From assembly GCA_026770705.1 (NCBI GenBank), contig JANJGN010000052.1, positions 3,224,001 through 3,288,000 of the forward strand: DNA of 64,000 bases, given 5' to 3'. The notes under the pieces are model-generated. The model was not told the DNA's origin and made no database searches. It worked only from the letters and a program-made list of their open reading frames with translations. The position numbers were made by a program, and so were the translations under genes. Numbering within the stretch: the stretch's first letter is position 1; each line of letters opens with the position of its first letter. Shown here piece by piece: positions 26,687 to 38,903 of the stretch. This DNA is from Isurus oxyrinchus. Its lineage: Eukaryota.

Positions 26687-27548
26687 CTGAGGAGAGAAAT
26701 ATCAAATATTTAATTCTGGATGGTTTGTAGATCCACTAGACTCGATATCCACCCCCTCCATCACTGGAGCACAGTGGCTGCAGTGAGGACCATCTACAGG
26801 ACACACATGGAACTCCCCAAAGTTTCATAATGGATAGAAGAGATTCCTGGACACAGGAGTGGACAAGTTCATTCTACATTGGCTCATGGTCCTCAGGACC
26901 CTGTTTAGTGAAGCCAGTCTTCCACCCAACACAGTGTCTACAAGATACACAGGGAAACTGTGTAAATATCTCATCTCTCTAAACTGACTGCTTTGGCTTC
27001 GGTTTAACTTTCAGTTATTTTACTTCCTTATTGTGGTTGCTATGGTGAAACTGTGCAGGAAGTGTGAGGGCTGGACTCTCTGTCTATTCTCACTGCAGCT
27101 GTGATGTAGTCGTGGAGGTTTTCAGTAAAATGAAACCGTCTGATCTCCTCCATCCCCGAGGTTTAGGGAGACAATTCCAGAGCTCAGGCCCCAGGCAGCT
27201 GAAGGCCCGGCCGCCAGTATTGGAGTGATGGGAATCGGGGGATGGTCAAGAAGCCGGAATTGGAGTAACACAGAGATCTGGGACGTTGGTTGGGAGAGTT
27301 GCAGGAGGTTACAGAGATAAGGACGCAGTGTGAGGCAATGGATGCATTTGAACAAAGAGATGTGTATTTTAAGTTTGAGATGTTGTAGGACCAGGAGTCA
27401 GATAGTTTAGGGGTGATGGGTGAATGGGACTTGGTGTGAGTTTGTACACTGGCTCACTGCTGAATCGGTTCCCAATCACAGCTCCATAAGAATGATCTTT
27501 TACAAAGACTATTCACCATAAATCTGTCCAAGCTGACGATGATATTAC

Positions 27549-27588
27549 CTTGGAGAAGTGACAGGAGGAAGTAAGATTTCCCGATCAT
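27549..27588 (-). CDS. Gene A leader exon (signal peptide)
   Basis: acaATG; MIGKSYFLLSLLQ + G|gtaata; joins V as ...LLQVGLS-QEW; acceptor at 27630/27631. Confidence 0.88.
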
Positions 27589-27661
27589 TGTCCACTCCCA
27601 GATATTTCCTCAGCTTCTAACTCTGAAGTTCTGAAAGAGAAAGGAGTTAATGAGACCTCAC

Positions 27662-28185
27662 CTCTTGTCCGAATGCTCTCGAGAGATCAGAACTGCTTTT
27701 AGACAATGTCTTCACAGATTAATTTGATTCTCTGTGGGATGATAGGTGCTCTGCAGAGAGTTACAAGGCTTTAAGAAAGACAAACAATGAAGGATTTGCA
27801 TTTCTATAGCACCTTTCACCACCTCAGGATGTCCCAAAGCTCATGTCCCTGCACTTCCCTCATCCCTTGAGCTAGAAAGATGTTCTGTACAACAGACTTG
27901 AGCCTCACACCCAGATCTCAATAATCAGTAGAAATCTTTCAAAGGCATCAATCATTGGAATCTGTCTTTATAAAGTCACAACATCAACATAGGACGGTGT
28001 TGGTCGTGGAAGTGAATTCCAATCGTTCCGTTACTTACCCAGGACCTGTCCGACTGCTCGCCTGGGGAGGAAGTGCCCACACGCTCTGCTTGGGCTGAAT
28101 GACCTCTTCCTGTGCTGCCCCCTCTGTGTGTTTAATTAGAAAGGGTGGATGTGTCACTGTGAGACAAAATGAAGAAGTGGGTAAC
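27662..28185 (-). promoter_or_regulatory. Putative promoter plus 5'UTR exons of gene A (donors at 28038 and 27661)
   Basis: TGG|gtaagt and GAG|gtgagg donors; module conserved at ~50495-51015, ~52762-53280 and partly at 56205-56490. Confidence 0.55.
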
Positions 28186-28399
28186 CAGTGAGAAGTTCGA
28201 GGATGTTTTGTGCTCTCAGCAAAACGTTTACCATGTGTGATCTGTCAGCTCATATTTGGGCAGCTGTAGTCATCAAGCTTCTCCATTGGCTCCGTGGGAT
28301 TAGACCCCTCCCCCTCATCTCAGAGGCTGAAGTGCAGGCGTTAGAGTTCCCAATACAGGTCTCTGGCCGTATGATACATGTTGACAATCCCCGATATCA

Positions 28400-29855
28400 T
28401 TACTGAAGGAGTGCTGCACTGTCAGGGGTATAGTACTGAGGGAGTGCTGCACTGTGTGAGGGTCAGTACTGAGTGAGTGCTGCACTATCAGAAGGTCAGT
28501 AATGTGGGATTGCTGCACTGTCAGAGGGCCAGTAGTGAAGGATTGCTGCAATGTCGGAGGGTCAGTACTGAGGGAGTGCTGCACTGTCAGAGGGACAGTA
28601 ATGTGGGAGTGCTGCACTGTCAGAGGGTCAGTAATGTGGGAGTTCTGCACTGGAAGAGGGTCATTAATAAGGGAGTGCTTCACTGTCAGGAGTATAGTAC
28701 TGAGGGAGTGCTGCACTGTGGGAGGGTCAGTACTGAGCGAGTGCTGCACTGTTAGTGGGGTCAGTACTGAGGGTCTGCTGCACTATCAGAGGGTCAGTAA
28801 TGTGGGAGTGCTGCACTGTCAGAGGGCCAGTAGTGAAGGAATGCTGCAATGTCGGAGGGTCAGTACTGAGGGAGTGCTGCACTGTCAGAGGGACAGTAAT
28901 GTAGGAGTGCTGCACTGTCAGAGGGTCAGTAATGTGGGAGTGCTGCACTGTCAGAGGGACAGTAATGTGGGAGTGTTGCACTGGAAGAGGGTCCTTAATG
29001 AGGGAGTGATGCACTGTCAGAGGATCAGTAATGAGGGAGTGCTGAACTGTCAGCGGGTCTGTACTGAGTGAGATTTGCACGGTCGGAGGGTCAGTATTGA
29101 GGGGGTGCCAGACTGTGGGAGGGTTAGTACTGAGGTAGAGAGGAGTGTGAGAAGATATCCTTTCATGGCAAAGTTTAACTGGAATTTATTTAAACAGAGA
29201 TTCTAGTACTGTGTGTTATTGCTAAAGAAAGGATATGAGGAACTAAGTCTAGTTCCCCTCAGCCTAAAAATAATGTTCTCCGATTTCAATGATTTAGCAT
29301 TGAAACCTCCCTCTTTGGGCATCAGTCTTGATTTAAAAAACTCGCACAGCACTGTGGGAGGGTGAGTACTGAGGATGTGCTGCACTGTGGGAGGGTGAGT
29401 ACTGAGGGAGTGCTGCACTGTGGGAGGGTGAGTACTGAGGGAGTGCTGCACTGTGGGAGGGTGAGTACTGAGGGAGTGCTGCACTGTGGGAGTGAGAGTA
29501 CTGAGGGAGTGCTGCACTGTGGGGGGGAGAATCCTGAGGGACAGCTGCATAGTGGGAGTTTGAATACTGAGGGAATGCTGCCCTGTCAGAGTGTCTGTAC
29601 CTAGGGAGTGCTGAACTGTCGGAAAGTCATTAGTGATGGAGGGGTACAGTATCAGAGGGTCAGTGTTCAGGGATTGTTGCACTGTCAGATTGTCAGCCAT
29701 GAGGGAATCCTGCACGGTCAGAAGGTCAATGATGACGGGGTGAAGCACTTGAAAAGGTTCAATAATGAGGTAGTGCAGCACTGTCAGAGGGACAGTAATG
29801 AGGGAGCGCTGAACTGACGGAGGGTCAGCACTGAGGAAACGCTGCACTGTCAGTT
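28400..29855 (+). repeat. 33-bp minisatellite arrays (28400-29140, 29345-29855) between genes B and A
   Basis: Visible tandem units. Confidence 0.9.
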
Positions 29856-30204
29856 CTGAGTGTGGTCTGCACTGTCCTAAGTGCATTCTAGGCACTGCCC
29901 AAGATTCCGCCTGATGTCCGTGTAACAACAACATCATGTACACGTCGAGAATATTTCTCACTGTGTCTGTGCAGCAAGACAGCTTTGGAATGGCACCACC
30001 ACTGGCAGCAGTGTGCAACTACAATGTGACATGTTTACATTGGAAGTTTCTATAATAAGGATGGGCACAGGAATTTATATAATAGAGAAAATGTGACAAC
30101 AAGAAGCTTTTCTTTGAGGCAAGAATTTGGCAGCAAAATAAGAATTTTAATCTATAAATATTTACAGAACAGGCTGAGCATTTTAATCACTTGTGTTAAT
30201 CAAT

Positions 30205-30385
30205 GTAATTTTATTCATAAGCCAAATGCTTCTTACAATCTATCGCAGCATGAAAAAGGTGCAGCATTCAGAAAGCACATTCCAATCAGAGAACAGAGTT
30301 TAGCAACGTCACATTTCTGTTCATTCCTATTCGACCATGTTGGCTGCACACAGCCAGACAATGCCGTGGTTATGATGTGTCCACA
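30205..30385 (-). other. Gene B 3'UTR with AATAAA (~30209-30214), homologous to the gene A 3'UTR
   Basis: cagcatg.aaaaaggtgcagcattcagaaagc and ccatgttggctgcacac shared with 12550-12660. Confidence 0.65.
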
Positions 30386-30569
30386 CAGCAGGACTGGGGA
30401 GCACCAGGTATAAGGAAAAGTTTCAGCTTGCTGAGGAGAAGAAGGAGAATCTCTCGTTGCAGGTTTCTCTCCGTACATTAAGAAGCAGGCATGCCGATGT
30501 TTCATTGCACTCTGTCTGCTGATGGGAGTCCGCTTGGAAATTGCTGTTTGTGCTGATGGAAAGAATAAG

Positions 30570-31175
30570 CTTTTCATAAATCGAGGGATTGAGAACAAAC
30601 ACAGGGAGGTTATGCTGAACATTTATAAAGCTCTGGTTAGGTGACAACTAGAGTATTGTGTCCAGTTCTGGTCTCCTCACTTTGGGAAGGAAGTGAGGGT
30701 CCTTGAGAGGGTGGGGAGGAGATTGAGCAGAATGGGTCCAGGGATGAGGGATTTTAGCTACAAGGTTGGGTTGGAGAAGCTGGGGTTGTTCTCCTTGGAG
30801 CAAAGGAGATTGAGGGGGGACCTGATCGAGGTGTACAAGATGATGATGGGTTTAGATCAGGTAGACAAAGAGAAGCTGTTGCCATTAGCTGATGGTACAA
30901 GGACTGGGGGACACAGATTGAAGGTTTTGGGCAGAGGGGGGATGTGAGGAGGAACTTTTTTACACAGCGAGTGGTTATGAGCTGGAACTCGCTGCCTACG
31001 AGGATGGTGGAAGTGGAGACGATGAACGATTTCGAAAAGAAATTGGATGGACACTTGAGGGGAAATAAACTCACAGGGATACGGGGATAGAGCGGGGGAA
31101 TGGGACTGACTGGATTACTCTACAGAGAGACAGCATGGAGTCGATGGGCCAAATGCCGTCCTTCTGTTCCATGAT
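30570..31175 (+). mobile_element. CR1 LINE 3' fragment
   Basis: LERVGRRLSRMGPG...LGLFSLEQRRLRGDLIEVYK; CR1-type 3' end. Confidence 0.85.
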
Positions 31176-31197
31176 GAGATTGTTGCTGTACAAAGCT

Positions 31198-31337
31198 TCA
31201 ATCAGGCTGTCGACTTCCTTTCACTGTTTGTCTCTCCCAGACACAGACTCCAGCGATAGTGATAACCACAGCCACAAGGAATATCACAGCTCGTATTCCC
31301 AGGATCAGGATCACGTGCAGAATCTCTCCTCCACTGT
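31198..31337 (-). CDS. Gene B TM plus short tail exon with intramembrane Arg (activating-type receptor)
   Basis: tttctttctgtgtgttctctag acceptor, phase 1; DSGGEILHVILILGIRAVIFLVAVVITIAGVCVWERQTVKGSRQPD*; not in the ORF track. Confidence 0.8.
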
Positions 31338-32455
31338 CTAGAGAACACACAGAAAGAAATCATCACTGACTCTCCGCTTTCAATCTCTCACTCTGGCTGA
31401 ACAATCAAGCTTCATATCACTGCAACATTTGCTGTAATATTGACCCATCCACTGGGATTCAATGTGGAATGAATGTTTTCATTGTAAACACTCTAAGAGT
31501 GGACAATCGGAACTTTCCCCTTAGCGTGGAACATTGGTGAGAATGGATCATTGTGCTGTTGGACTCCCTGTCCAATGTTTCTCTCCATCGCTGTGTACAG
31601 GATTGTGCTGTAGAAAATTCTGGAAACGTTTAGTGCAGTGTGGAAATCCATCTCGGACGTGTGTGCGAATCGGGCAGGATCGAGATGGACTCCCCCACGG
31701 ACTTACACCCCCCGCTTAATAAACAGTTCCAATCTTTACCCAGAGAGAGGGGAGAATATGGAACTCGCTCCCACAGGGAGTGGTTCAGGTGAGTAGTAGC
31801 AAATTGGGAAGTGAAATTGCTTGAAAAGCTGGAAGATGCAAGGGTTAAGTGCTACCATGCCACCACTGGTGGGAGAGTGTAACTGCAGCGTGACGTTTAC
31901 ATAGGCAATCCCCATTATGAACAGGGACATTGGACATCATGTGCAAAATGGGCTCTGGAAAGGTGAGAACATGATGTAAGCTTTTCACCAACAGAAATGC
32001 CTTCGTAAACCTCTCCATCTCTCTCTTACTGTCAGATACTCAAACAACATTTCACACAGAATTACATAAGGAGGAGTTGGGACAGGTGACTGGTCAAAGG
32101 GTTAGGTTTCAGGAAGCTTTTTAAAGAAGGATAGAGAGTTAGAGAGGCAGAGAGTATCTGTGAGAATTTCTCTGCATCTGGGTGTCTAATAGACTTTGCA
32201 ATTTCCGCGTTCTTCCATAAACTTGAAAGGGAATACAACTCCCAGAATCCATGTCAACTCTCCGGTGCAGCACTGAGGGAGGTCAGGTAACCCACGGGGG
32301 AGAATGTGTTAGTGTGTTTGTTTGTGAGTGTGTCCTTTTGTGTGCTCATACATGTGGGATTGTGTGTCTGCACGTGTCTATTTAGGTTTGTATAATTGTG
32401 TGTGTTTGTGTAGTGTTTGAATCTGAGAGAGCTGTTGAAGTCTGTGTACACTCAC

Positions 32456-32608
32456 ATTCCACAGTGATGGTTATGAAACCCTCCACTGCTCCATGTTCAT
32501 TCTCTGCCACACACTGATAGTCTCCAGTGTCCCTGGATGTAACATGAGGAATCACGAACCACAGCTCATTGTTGGAACTTGTTCTGTTCATTGTGATATT
32601 CAGATGTC
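32456..32608 (-). pseudogene. 5'-truncated Ig3-type exon in gene B, probably skipped
   Basis: MNRTSSNNELWFVIPHVTSRDTGDYQCVAENEHG..TVE|gtgagt retained; acceptor and B-strand Cys half are missing. Confidence 0.8.
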
Positions 32609-32931
32609 AGGGCAGGACTCAATATGACAGATCACAGGTTTACCAACAGGAAGTGAACAACAATTTATATTTAATGGGAAGAGAGTGCTGATTGATTGGC
32701 AAGTGGTCTCTGATTGGAGGAGGTGTTGCCATGGAAAATAATGTGTGCGAGCTGTAAAGTTTTGGCAGATTGTCTCTTCATTCAGCAATAATCAAATAAA
32801 GATCAGTTAACTTCTATCGACTGTGAAGCACTTTGAGAGGTCTGAGAATGTGGATACTGAGAACGGGCTGCACTGTCAGAGGGTCAGCGCTGAGGGAGTG
32901 CTGATGTAGAATGAAGGGTGTCCGTTCTTAC

Positions 32932-33228
32932 CTTGCACAGTTAGTATGAGGGTACGCTCCGATGAAACAGATGGATATCTCACTCTGCAGCTGAGAGTGT
33001 GTCCGTGGTGTTTGAGTGATGGGATCAGGGTCAGAACAGAAGTATAGGACAGAGTGACACCATGCTGAGTTACAGTGTTTGAGACTAATCCAGGTACGTC
33101 AGTGGGAGTGTCCCAGGTTAAGACAGATGCTGCTGTTCCATTGCACGTTGTGTTGAAGGTGCAGCTTACATCCACACGCTTTCCTGCAATAATTTCAGCA
33201 GGGAATATCGTGGGTTTATCTGTGAAAT
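32932..33228 (-). CDS. Gene B C2-set domain
   Basis: 297 nt, open; 7 aa differences from gene A d2 by eye. Confidence 0.9.
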
Positions 33229-33922
33229 CTAACAGAGAGGGAATGGATCCTTTTAGAGAAATATAACGTGAAGCATCAGTTCAAATAGAAATCACAGTCC
33301 CACAAGAGAAAGCACTTTTACAAGGATGATATCAGAACTGAGAGGTTACAATGATCAGGATAGAATTTCCTGCTTTGAGACTTTGGTGTTTCTGTCTCTC
33401 ATCTTAATACACGTTCACTCCGAGACACTTGAACTGATAATAGTGGGTGAGGGTGGAGGAGCAGACCAGAGTTTGGAGTGCACTACCCCATCATTCACTC
33501 AGCGATCTGGGCCATTTATTACTTTGCAATTTGTGGGAGCTTGCTGTGTGCAAATTGGCTGCTGTGTTTCTCACATTATAACAGTAAATACAATTCAGGA
33601 ATCAGCTCATTGGCTGTGAAGTGATTTTGTAATTGCTGAGGTGGTGAAAGGCCCTATAGAATTGGACAGAATTCGAGAGATCGATAGGAGTGGATAACCT
33701 GATAACATTGATGGACACAGTCAATATACTTAATCATTGATATTAAAGTGAGTATTAGAGGTTGCTTTAGGACTGAACTAGAAGCTATCATCAGGTTATT
33801 GAGAATCAGACAGTGTGTGATAATATGCTGTGTTTTGTGTTAATATGTAAACATCACAGATTGTGTTATTTCCCATTGAGTGTTGAATGTGAATTGTTGA
33901 GTAATTATAACACAGCACTTAC

Positions 33923-34291
33923 CAGAAACGTGAAGCTGGGTTACAGGGTAATAGTTATGGCTCGGACCATTGTCAAATTCTATTCGGAATAAATAAGGTC
34001 CTGCATCTTCCCGTCTGATGTTGTTTATAATCAGGGAACAGTCGCCATCTTTCAGGTCTCCAGACAGCCGGGTCCGATGGCGGAACTGTGGTAACTCGTG
34101 ACTGTGATCCTTGGAGTGAAAGGCAATGGGAGCCCAGGGAATCTGTTCCTCATTATTAAACCAGACTCCACCTCGTGGTTGGTTTCCCAGACACGATGGA
34201 TAACTGTAATGACATGGAATCTGTACACACGAACCTTCCTGAGCTGTCACCTCTCGTGGAGTGTCACCTTTCCAATCTTGTGACAGTCCAA
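33923..34291 (-). CDS. Gene B V-set exon V4
   Basis: 369 nt open, AG/GT intact; YLFRIE; extra Cys in YPSCL. Confidence 0.85.
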
Positions 34292-36228
34292 CTGGGGAGA
34301 GAAATCTCAATATTTATCTCTGGATGGCTTGTGGATCCACTAGACTCAAAATTTACAGATGAGGCTGAATTGGGGGGATGGTCAATACTGAGGAGAATGG
34401 CAACAAATTATTTTGGCAGGAAGAATAGAAAAACAGAATATTATTTAACTGGAGACAGGCTGCAGAATGCAGTACAGAGGGATCTGGGTGTCCTTGTACA
34501 TGAATCACAGAAAGTCAGCATTCAGGAACAACATGGAATGAGGAAGGCAAGTGGAATGTTGGCCTTTATTGCAATGGGATGGAGTATAAAAGGAGGGAAG
34601 TCTTGCAACAGCTGCACAGGGCGTTAGTGAGATTTTAACAGGATCATTGTGTGCAGGCAGTTCAGAGAAGCTACACTGGGCTGATTCCTGGGATTAAAGG
34701 GTTTGTCCTGTGAGGAAATGTTGAGCAGGTTGGGCCTGTATCCATTGGAGTTTAGAAGAATGAGGGGTGACCTTACTGAAACATATCCGATTCCGAGGGG
34801 GCTTGACAGGGTGGATGCTGGGAGGATGTTTCCCCCTCGTGGGGGAATCTAGAACCAGGGAGCACAGTTTTGGAATGAGGGCTCTCCCATTTAAGACTGA
34901 GATGAGGAGGAATTTCCTCTCTCAGAGGGGCGCTAGCCTGTTGAATTCTCTTCCCCAGACAGCAGTGGAGGCTGGGCCATTGAATAGACTCAAGGCTGAG
35001 TGAGGCAGGTTTTTGATCGACAAGGGAGTCAAGGGTTTGGGGGACAGGCAGGAAAATGGAGTTAAGGCAACAACCAGATCAGTGAGAGCATGCTCGAGGG
35101 GCCGAATGGCCTGCTCCTGTCCCTATTTCTTATGTTCCTACATTCTTACCATCTTAAAGTATTAAAGCTGCAGAATAAACATGCAAGTGACTGACCCGCT
35201 CGACCCACCTTCCATCTCGGGGTCCCATGGGGAAGACCCTTCCTGAGCCAGATCCACCAGCCAACATGGTCTGGATCTGAGCACAGGAGACACGGGGGGG
35301 AGTGACTAACAGGCTCCTTGTGACAGGCCCCGTCTGTCCAATGGCTGGCTTTCAGCTGCCAAGGCCAGAGTGGTCCTTGCTAAAACCGGCTCAGGACAGG
35401 CCAGGACCCCTGTGCAGACCCCCTCCAGCGCTGCAGCCTCTGTACAAACCCCTCATGCGCTTGTGGAGAGACACAAACAAGGCTGCACATTACCGAGGAG
35501 AATCCCCTCTACAGACTAAGGTGCTGACTCATCACCCTAAACTCAGCAAATGAGGAGGCTCTCGCTCGGTATCGGGGCTTGGCATTCGCTCAATAAAAAT
35601 AATCAAATGACATTTTGGTCAGAAATCTAAGGAGGTTGTACATTCCCTCAAAAATAAGACTCGATCTGGGGTCGAGAGTCAAAGGGCAACAACTTATATT
35701 TACACAACAACTTTAACATGACAAATCACCCCAAGGTGCTACACAGGAGCGTCATAAAACAAAGTATGTCACCCAGACACATGTGGAGATATTAGCGACA
35801 GCTGACCAGAAGAGGTCGGTGTTATGGAGAGACAGAGAGAAAGAGACAGAGAGAGAGAGAGAGAGAGGGAGAGGAAGAGGGAGAGGGAGAGATTTAGGGT
35901 AGGAACTCTAGGGTGGTGAAAGGCGCTGTAGAAATGTAAATCTTTCTTCTGTCGATATGTCAGACTTCAAGACAGGATTTGAGAGATTGATGGGAGTGGA
36001 TAAACTGATAACATTGATAGACACAGTCAACACATTTAATCATTGATATTAAAGTGAGTATTAGACATTGCTTTAGGACTGAACTGGAAGCCATCACCAG
36101 GTTATTGAGAATCAGACAGTGTGTTATAATAAGCTGTGTTTTGTGTTAATATGTAAACGTCACAGTTTGTGTTATTTCCCATTGAGTGTTGGATGTGAAT
36201 TGTTGAGTAATTATAACACAGCACTTAC

Positions 36229-36597
36229 CAGAAACGTGAAGCTGGGTTACAGGGTAATAGTTATGGCTCGGACCATTGTCAAATTCTATTCGGAATAAAT
36301 AAGGTCCTGCATCTTCCCGTCTGATGTTGTTTATAATCAGGGAACAGTCGCCATCTTTCAGGTCTCCAGACAGCCGGGTCCGATGGCGGAACCGTGGTAA
36401 CTCGTGACTGTGATCCTTGGAGTGAAAGGCAATGGGAGCCCAGGGAATCTGTTCCTCATTATTAAACCAGAGTCCACCTCGCGGTTGGTTTTCCAGACAC
36501 GATGGATAACTGTAATGACATGGAATCTGTACACAGGAACCTTCCTGCGCTGTCACCTCTCGTGGAGTGTCACATTTCCACTCTTGTGACAGTCCAA
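36229..36597 (-). CDS. Gene B V-set exon V3
   Basis: 369 nt open, AG/GT intact; YLFRIE; YPSCL and WKC. Confidence 0.85.
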
Positions 36598-38534
36598 CTG
36601 GGGATAGAAATCTCAATATTTATCTCTGGATGGTTTGTGGATCCACTAGACTCAAAATTTACAGATGAGGCTGAATTGGGGGGATGGTCAATACTGAGGA
36701 GAATGGCAACAAATTATTTTGGCAGGAAGAATAGAAAATCAGAATATTATTTAACTGGAGACAGGCTGCAGAATGCAGTACAGAGGGATCTGGGTGTCCT
36801 TGTACATGAATCACAGAAAGTCAGCATTCAGGAAAACCACGGAATGAGGAAGGCAAGTGGAATGTTGGCCTTTATTGCAAAGGGATGGAGTATAAAAGGA
36901 GGGAAGTCTTGCAACAGCTGCACAGGGCGTTAGTGAGATTTTAACAGGATCATTGTGTACAGGCAGTTCAGAGAAGCTTCACTGGGCTGATTCCTGGGAT
37001 TAAAGGGTTTGTCCTGTGAGGAAATGTTGAGCAGGTTGGGCCTGTATCCATTGGAGTTTAGAAGAATGAGGGGTGACCTTATTGAAACATATCCGATTCC
37101 GAGGGAGCTTGACAGGGTGGATGCTGGGAGGATGTTTCCCCCTCGTGGGGGAATCTTGAACCAGGGAGCACAGTTTCGGAATGAGGGCTCTCCCATTTAA
37201 GACTGAGATGAGGAGGAATTTCCTCTCTCAGAGGGGCGCTAGCCTGTGGAATTCTCTTCCCCAGAGAGCAGTGGAGGCTGGGCCATTGAATAGACTCAAG
37301 GCTGAGTGAGGCATGTTTTTGATCGACAAGGGAGTCAAGGGTTTGGGGGACAGGCAGGAAAATGGAGTTAAGGCCACAACCAGATCAGCGAGGGCAGGCT
37401 CGAGGGGCCGAATGGCCTTCGGCTGTCCCAATTTCTTATGTTCCTACATTCTTACCTTCTTAAAATATTAAAGCTGCAGAATAAACATGCAAGTGACTGA
37501 CCCGCTCGACCCACCTTCCATCTGGGGGTCCCATGGGGAGGACCCTTCCTGAGCCAGATCCACCAGCCAACATGGTCTGGATCCGAGCACAGGAGACACG
37601 GGGGGGAGTGACTAACAGGCTCCTTGTGACAGGCCCTGTCTGTCCAATGGCTGACTTTCAGCTGCCAAGGCCAGAGTGGTCCTTGCTAAAACCGGCTCAG
37701 GACAGGCCAGGACCCCTGTGCAGACCCCCTCCAGCGCTGCATCCTCTGTACAAATCCCTCATGCGCTTGTGGAGAGACACATACAAGGCTGTACATTACC
37801 GAGGAGAATCCCCTCTACGGACTAAGGGGCTGACTCATCACCCTAAACTCAGCAAATGAGGAGGCTCTCGCTCGGTATCGGGGCTTGGCATTCGCTCAAT
37901 AAAAATAATCAAATGACATTTTGGTCAGAAATCTAAGGAGGTTGTACATTCCCTCAAAAATAAGACTCGATCTGGGGTCGAGAGTCAAAGGGCAACAACT
38001 TATATTTTCACAACAACTTTAACATGACAAATCACCTCAAGGTGCTACACAGGAGCGTCATAAAACAAAGTATGTCACCCAGACACATGTGGAGATATTA
38101 GCGACAGCTGACCAGAAGAGGTCGGTGTTATGGAGAGACAGAGAGAAAGAGACAGAGAGAGAGAGAGAGAGAGGGAGAGGAAGAGGGAGAGGGAGAGGTT
38201 TAGGGTGGGAAGTCTAGGGTGGTGAAAGGCGCTGTAGAAATGTAAATCTTTCTTCTGTCGATATGTCAGACTTCAAGACAGGATTTGAGAGATTGATGGG
38301 AGTGGATAAACTGATAACATTGATAGACACAGTCAACACATTTAATCATTGATATTAAAGTGAGTATTAGAGGTTGCTTTAGGACTGAACTGGAAGCTAT
38401 CACCAGGTTATTGAGAATCAGACAGTGTGTTATAATAACCTGTGTTTTGTGTTACTATGTAAACGTCACAGTTTGTGTTATTTCCCATTGAGTGTTGAAT
38501 GTGAATTGTTGAGTAATTATAACACAGCACTTAC

Positions 38535-38903
38535 CAGAAACGTGAACCTGGGTTACAGGGTAATAGTTATGGCTCGGTCCATTGTCAAATTCTATTCTGA
38601 AAAAATAAGGTCCTGCATCTTCCCATGTGATGTTGTTTATAATCAGGGAACAGTCGCCATCTTTCAGGTCTCCAGACAGCCGGGTCCGATGGTGGAACCG
38701 TGGTAACTCGTGACTGTGATCCTTGGAGTGAAAGGCAATGGGAGCCCAGGGAATCTGTTTCTCATTATTAAACCAGAGTCCACCTCGCGGTTGGTTTTCC
38801 AGACACGATGGATAACTGTAATGACATGGAATCTGTACACACGAACCTTCCTGCGCTGTCACCTCTCGTGGAGTGTCACCTTTCCACTCTTGTGACAGTC
38901 CAA
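38535..38903 (-). CDS. Gene B V-set exon V2
   Basis: 369 nt open, AG/GT intact; YFFRIE; YPSCL. Confidence 0.85.

Noticed and set aside
12685-27588. Assigning a symbol such as MAG, CD22, SIGLEC1 or CD33
   Set aside because: Domain number and tail match no single orthologue; phylogeny and synteny are needed
30233-30622. 129-aa minus-strand ORF as the gene B cytoplasmic domain
   Set aside because: Starts in antisense CR1, runs into 3'UTR-homologous sequence, has no ITIM/ITAM and no intact upstream donor
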